IMG/VR virus record: IMGVR_UViG_3300024239_000017
Origin: a virus
Reading direction: 5' to 3' (one strand)
DNA: 64,000 bases
Shown here: positions 59,245 to 64,000 of the stretch, one piece after another
How positions within the stretch are numbered: position 1 is the first letter of the stretch
Layout of the letters: each line of letters opens with the position of its first letter
Notes under the pieces: model-generated
The model's database searches: none
What the model was told of the DNA's origin: nothing
The model's input: only the letters and a program-made list of their open reading frames with translations
Translations under genes and position numbers: made by a program

Positions 59245-62200
59245 TTAACATTTGACATCACTATCTTTCCAATAGTCCAAACCTTCTGTATATATGGATT
59301 TATAAACTCCTAATGATTGCTCTTTTGTTATAAAAGGTACTGACGAAATATCTTTAAATAATTCAGACTCTATATAATCATTTTCTACTACATTTATATT
59401 TTCAATATTTTCTAAACTATATCTAATATCATTAGTATTTGCAGAATATGTTCCTATATTTTCTGTTGCTGATTTTATTTGGTTGGGAGAGAAAACTGCA
59501 TAAGTATTGTCTCCTGTATCTTCTATTAATTTAATTCCATCCTTATTATTATTTATTAAGGATTGAGTCATGTCCCATTCACCTCCATCAAATAATTGCC
59601 ACAACTCACTGTTTTTATCAATTCCAAACTCATATAAGAAACTTCCTTTTTCATCTTTAACTTTATAGTCTATATCTTCAGTAATTTTACTCCAATCTTC
59701 TAATTTTTTTATATTTAAAAATACTTCTTTTATATTTTTCTTTCCACCAAAGTTTTCAATCCTTACATTTGCAGCATTTTCTGCATAATATTTATTTTCA
59801 GAAAAAAAATGTAATTTACTGTCTACATTATATGTAACTACACCTCCACGAATCCCTTGTTTATTAGTGAATTCTGTAAATTCATTATTAGTTCCATGAT
59901 AAACAACCAAAGGCTCACCGTTTTTATCTACAACTTTAGAAGCGTTTTTCGCATCGTTTTCCCAATCACCAAACCAATCTTTAAACCGTTTTGTTCTTAC
60001 GTCTAGCCATTGTGCTTCGTTTAGATTAGTAGCTTTTCCATTTGGTGCTTTCATAAAAGTACCATTCGCTTGTGCTTCTGCTTTTATAGCTTCCCTCTCT
60101 GATTGTATTTCTGCTAATACTTCTGGTTTTATATTACCGCTATAATCCAAATCATTATTATCAATTAAACTGAACATTGTATTTCTATCTCTATCTCCTA
60201 TAACTTTTTTAAAGGATTTAGATCTATTGTACACTTCCCTAAAGTCTTCATCTTCTAGATTATTCTTACCTCTATATTCTGATAATAATCTTGTCCCAGC
60301 AAATGTGCCACCATCTAAATGAATAGGTTTTCCATTTTTAATTCCCCAATTGGCTTTTCTAGAAAAATCACCAAATAACACCTCTCTATTAAGAATATAA
60401 AACATTCCGTATTTGTATAAGGTATCTATTAATTTTTGTGATTGACTATCAAAATCAATTTGAGAAAATTTTGAAAAATCTGCAAACATTTTTTCTGCCC
60501 TTTCTGTTCCTATTTGTTCTCCCTCTACATCATATGTTGGTACTAAATCCCTTGCCTTTATAGGAGGTACTTTTTCTATTATAACATAATTTAGACCTCT
60601 TTCGTATATATCAGGTAATAATTCTTCTTCTACTAAGTCATAGCTTCCCTCATAGATATTTTGCATTAGCCCTCTAGCTGTTTTTGCTATTTTTATTACC
60701 TTTGTATCGTCTAGCTCATAAACAATTCTATCAGAACCTGCGCTTATTCTTTTTAATTTGGGAATATCAAATCTTTCTCTAGCTGTAAGGTCTGTGTCGT
60801 AATCAAAACCTATTCTTCTTCCTACTCTTAGTAATGAGTCTAATTTTTCCTCATTGAACATTTCAGCATTCACAGCATATGCAAATTCTTTAACAGTCAT
60901 GTTGGAAACATCTTCGGCAGTATAACCTGTTATACCTACCATATTTTTAAATGCGTTCCATATACTTTCCAACCATTTTGCAATATCTGATTTTTTTTCT
61001 CTATTGATAATTTCTACACCATTGTTAGCTATTAACTCAGCCATTACTTCTTCCCAATAAGCATCGCTGTTTTCTTTAAGATCAGGATATAATTTATTAA
61101 CTCTTTCAATATAATTCTTAACTTCTGATTTATTTTCTTTAAGTAATTTTATACCTGCTTCAAATAAATCTCTTCTGTTCTCTATTAACCATCCTATCAT
61201 TGGATGTGAAAATTCGTGTATAGTAGTATTTAATACGTCATTAGATTCCTTATTAATAAATATCTGTCGTGTATCTTTTCTATAAAATCCACCTACTACT
61301 GTAGCTAAACCATTGTCAATTAGTGATTTACTAAAACTTGTTACATTTTCTATAGTGACAGCACTATCGTCAAAAACTACATAATTAAATCCTCTTGCTG
61401 TATCAGAGGTAGCTCCACGAGAAATAGATTCTGCTGGATATTTTATACCGTCAATACCTGCTTCTAGTAAGAATAGAGAGGCTGCTTTATCAGAGCCTAA
61501 TTGTCTTGATAAGTTTTTATATAAAGCGGATCCTTCAATATTTTTAGTATTAATACCCTCAGATAACATCTTTATTATAACGTCATTTTTAGAAATTGCC
61601 AAATCATTTATTTTTTTAAATACTTCTTCTGATACTGTATTATCCCATTCTATAAATGTATATTGTTCTGGTGATTTACCTTTATGTACTGTTACGCTAT
61701 AAAGGTGGGGTTTAATAACTGATTTTCTTAAAGCTTTTATCTCTTCGGCTATTCCTTCTAAATTTTTAATAGTATTAAGCTTTTCTTCTTCTATTGCTTC
61801 ATATATTTTAAAAAATAAGTCTTCTGAGGGTTCCTGTGAATATAACTCTAACATTTTATTATGATGATCTAAATCGTTTATAGTTGTATATCCCTCTAAT
61901 AGCATTCTAGAATCTTCCAAGTATCCTTCTAAAGTATAATACTCAAGTATTTCATACATACGTTCCTTAACATAAGAAGGTGTTACTTTAACTATAGACT
62001 TCTTTATTGAACTTATTTTCATATCTATATGACGTAATACCTCTGCCCTACTTTCACTGCTATATATACCATATATTCCGTTTGAGTTAAGTTTTGTAAT
62101 TATCCTATTAGGTATATTTGGTTCCTTTTTTATAGTAGATAATTTATGAGCGTAATACTTTGCTATACGGTCTATTTCAGTAAAGTATAATCCCCATCCG

Positions 62201-63237
62201 AAAGCTTGATTTCCCTCCCCTATTCCTATTTTTTCGGTAGAAAACCTATCAAATTTATGTGGAGACCCATGTTTTAAAACAAGCTCTCTCGCAATATTTT
62301 CAGAAATACCAAGTTGTTTTAATTTTTCAACTATCTCATCATTAGTCATTAAATATACGTCTGATGTAAGACCTTTATTACTTAGTACCTTTACTACATT
62401 ATTTAATAATATAGTTTCATTATTTATATACTCTGGTGATTTAGCATTTAGTACTTGATTTTCGTCAAGTATTGCCCATGTTTTAAAATCTTTATAAGGA
62501 GCTCTATTTCCACCATAGAAACCGTCTATACCCTCTTCTATAGAACTATCTATTCTAGGTATTATTTTATTACTTACCTCTTCTACTTCTTCGTATTTTC
62601 TTATATTTAAAAATACTGGTTCAAGGAATGAATCTTTTGGTGCATATTTTTGCATAAAACTTTCAGAAGTATTGAAAGCATCTATTCCTGTAGAATATGT
62701 CAATGCAAGTTTTTTATCTTCTACAAATAAAGCAGTATTACTAAATCTATAATCCTGTGGTTTTTCACCGTCTTGTTTGAAACTATTATACTCATTACCA
62801 TAAATTCTGTAACCTTGGAACTGTGCACCATTTATATTACTTGTTATAGTTGAAGAAACATGTCCTGACCATACTATTTTAGGTTGACCATTTTCATCAA
62901 CCACTTTTGAAGAATTTTCAGGATCATTTAACCAATCTCCGAAGAAGTTTCTAAATCTTTCAGAATAAACTTCGCTAACCAATTTGATTGCTTCTTCTTC
63001 AGAATATCCCATTTCTTTATATGTATTATAAAGAATACTTGGTTTTCCATTAGGAGCTAAATTTAATGGGTTGTTATTATTTAATTTTATTGCTTCTGAT
63101 ACATCTATACCTGATTGGTTTTCATCATTAATATCAAATTTAATATTATCTGTATTTGGTGTATATGAAAGGTTTACAACTTCTACTGAAGTTATATCTC
63201 CGTTATCGTTTCTATTTACAACACATTTTTTTGACAT
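59245..63237 (-). CDS. polyvalent protein: ADP-ribosyltransferase-like domains, zincin and kinase-like domain
   Basis: Two FGDW...SKVVD.NG.P blocks, HGSPHKFDRF..GEG.QAFGWGLYF, IHEFSH...EEVMAE and GSDRIVY...VIKIAK...NWG....IHLDGG. Confidence 0.75.
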   Translation of the reverse strand: MSKKCVVNRNDNGDITSVEVVNLSYTPNTDNIKFDINDENQSGIDVSEAIKLNNNNPLNLAPNGKPSILYNTYKEMGYSEEEAIKLVSEVYSERFRNFFGDWLNDPENSSKVVDENGQPKIVWSGHVSSTITSNINGAQFQGYRIYGNEYNSFKQDGEKPQDYRFSNTALFVEDKKLALTYSTGIDAFNTSESFMQKYAPKDSFLEPVFLNIRKYEEVEEVSNKIIPRIDSSIEEGIDGFYGGNRAPYKDFKTWAILDENQVLNAKSPEYINNETILLNNVVKVLSNKGLTSDVYLMTNDEIVEKLKQLGISENIARELVLKHGSPHKFDRFSTEKIGIGEGNQAFGWGLYFTEIDRIAKYYAHKLSTIKKEPNIPNRIITKLNSNGIYGIYSSESRAEVLRHIDMKISSIKKSIVKVTPSYVKERMYEILEYYTLEGYLEDSRMLLEGYTTINDLDHHNKMLELYSQEPSEDLFFKIYEAIEEEKLNTIKNLEGIAEEIKALRKSVIKPHLYSVTVHKGKSPEQYTFIEWDNTVSEEVFKKINDLAISKNDVIIKMLSEGINTKNIEGSALYKNLSRQLGSDKAASLFLLEAGIDGIKYPAESISRGATSDTARGFNYVVFDDSAVTIENVTSFSKSLIDNGLATVVGGFYRKDTRQIFINKESNDVLNTTIHEFSHPMIGWLIENRRDLFEAGIKLLKENKSEVKNYIERVNKLYPDLKENSDAYWEEVMAELIANNGVEIINREKKSDIAKWLESIWNAFKNMVGITGYTAEDVSNMTVKEFAYAVNAEMFNEEKLDSLLRVGRRIGFDYDTDLTARERFDIPKLKRISAGSDRIVYELDDTKVIKIAKTARGLMQNIYEGSYDLVEEELLPDIYERGLNYVIIEKVPPIKARDLVPTYDVEGEQIGTERAEKMFADFSKFSQIDFDSQSQKLIDTLYKYGMFYILNREVLFGDFSRKANWGIKNGKPIHLDGGTFAGTRLLSEYRGKNNLEDEDFREVYNRSKSFKKVIGDRDRNTMFSLIDNNDLDYSGNIKPEVLAEIQSEREAIKAEAQANGTFMKAPNGKATNLNEAQWLDVRTKRFKDWFGDWENDAKNASKVVDKNGEPLVVYHGTNNEFTEFTNKQGIRGGVVTYNVDSKLHFFSENKYYAENAANVRIENFGGKKNIKEVFLNIKKLEDWSKITEDIDYKVKDEKGSFLYEFGIDKNSELWQLFDGGEWDMTQSLINNNKDGIKLIEDTGDNTYAVFSPNQIKSATENIGTYSANTNDIRYSLENIENINVVENDYIESELFKDISSVPFITKEQSLGVYKSIYTEGLDYWKDSDVKC

Positions 63238-63239
63238 AA

Positions 63240-63998
63240 TTAACAGAATTTTATCTGGTTATCTTTTATTTCTCTTGTTTCTTTTACTTTAATTTTACCG
63301 CTACTATCAGCTACTACCTCTTCAAAAGTTGCAGGAGTATAGTCTGGTTTTTGTAGATTATAATTCATATATCTATCACTAGTATCTACTTTTGCGTATG
63401 TATTAGTATCTACTTTTTCATATAAAGTATTATTAACTTTTATAAAATCGCTGATACTATTAGGTGCATATATTAAATTATTTTTTTTAACATATTTACC
63501 TTTAAAATTATCTAACTGATGTAAATTATTCGCAAAAAAATCTCTTTGATTTACATTGTCTATCTCGTTATCTTGATTACTGAAATATTCCAATGATTCG
63601 TTACCTGATAATTTTGAATACGTGACTAATGAATTAAACATATTCTCTGATAATAAATTTTTAATAAGTGAAAAAGAATATTCACCTATTATAGGTTTTG
63701 CTTCTATCCCTCTATTCGATATATAGAATAGTTCTGAAAGCTGTTTATTGTTAATAAGTTCTTTATTAAATTCTATAATAAAATCATCTATATTTATTTC
63801 TTTAGATATGCCTACTTCTCTTGTTGATGGATTATCTTTTATACTAAGTAATATTTTGTAAGCTGTCAATTTTTTAATATTATTAACGTCTGATTCATCT
63901 CTCAAATAATCATTTGCTTTTGTAGAGACATATTTATCTAAATCTTCTATAAGTAGATCATTATTAATAGGTATATTTTTAACAGATAGAGTTCCTTT
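63240..63998 (-). CDS. large virion protein, C-terminal part (truncated by the window)
   Basis: The frame remains open to the window end. Confidence 0.65.
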   Translation of the reverse strand, partial: KGTLSVKNIPINNDLLIEDLDKYVSTKANDYLRDESDVNNIKKLTAYKILLSIKDNPSTREVGISKEINIDDFIIEFNKELINNKQLSELFYISNRGIEAKPIIGEYSFSLIKNLLSENMFNSLVTYSKLSGNESLEYFSNQDNEIDNVNQRDFFANNLHQLDNFKGKYVKKNNLIYAPNSISDFIKVNNTLYEKVDTNTYAKVDTSDRYMNYNLQKPDYTPATFEEVVADSSGKIKVKETREIKDNQIKFC

Positions 63999-64000
63999 TG

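Noticed and set aside
1423-63292. Short antisense or nested ORFs in the track (e.g. 3801-4199, 23336-23578, 25860-26084, 54342-54674)
   Set aside because: They are shadows of longer, motif-bearing genes on the opposite strand or in another frame.
1-64000. tRNA, tmRNA or rRNA genes; stop-codon reassignment
   Set aside because: No cloverleaf or T-loop pattern with acceptor stem was recognised (GGTTCAAGTCC at ~20520 lacks a tRNA context). Genes are full-length and tightly packed under code 11.

Overview
This is an AT-rich segment of a large tailed dsDNA phage genome. The host is very probably a Bacteroidota member, because many TTTG-N20-TAnnTTTG promoters are present. The genetic code is standard. 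Positions 1-25.1 kb form a + strand block of small accessory genes. It contains DenV, a radical SAM enzyme, an MT-A70 methylase, a macrodomain + NAMPT-like + Prs-like NAD module, a CCA-adding enzyme and RtcB. It also has a long structured non-coding region interrupted by an HNH endonuclease (9.7-11.1 kb), and an integrase-less array of gene cassettes separated by attC-like hairpins and ending at a ribbon-helix-helix gene (18.8-21.2 kb). A bidirectional terminator at about 25.15 kb separates this from a - strand block. That block holds a GG-motif zincin polyprotein, nucleotide and DNA metabolism genes (mini-HisRS, two C5-type methylases, DnaB, an intein-containing phosphoesterase, ligase, GIY-YIG, DHH, prim-pol, exonucleases), tail/fibre genes and very large polyvalent virion proteins. 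The strongest candidate for an undescribed system is the cassette array. Each gene is bracketed by its own GTTA...TAAC inverted repeat, and the non-Watson-Crick pairs in the stems are almost all G-T on the + strand. All calls come from motif recognition by eye; no searches were run.
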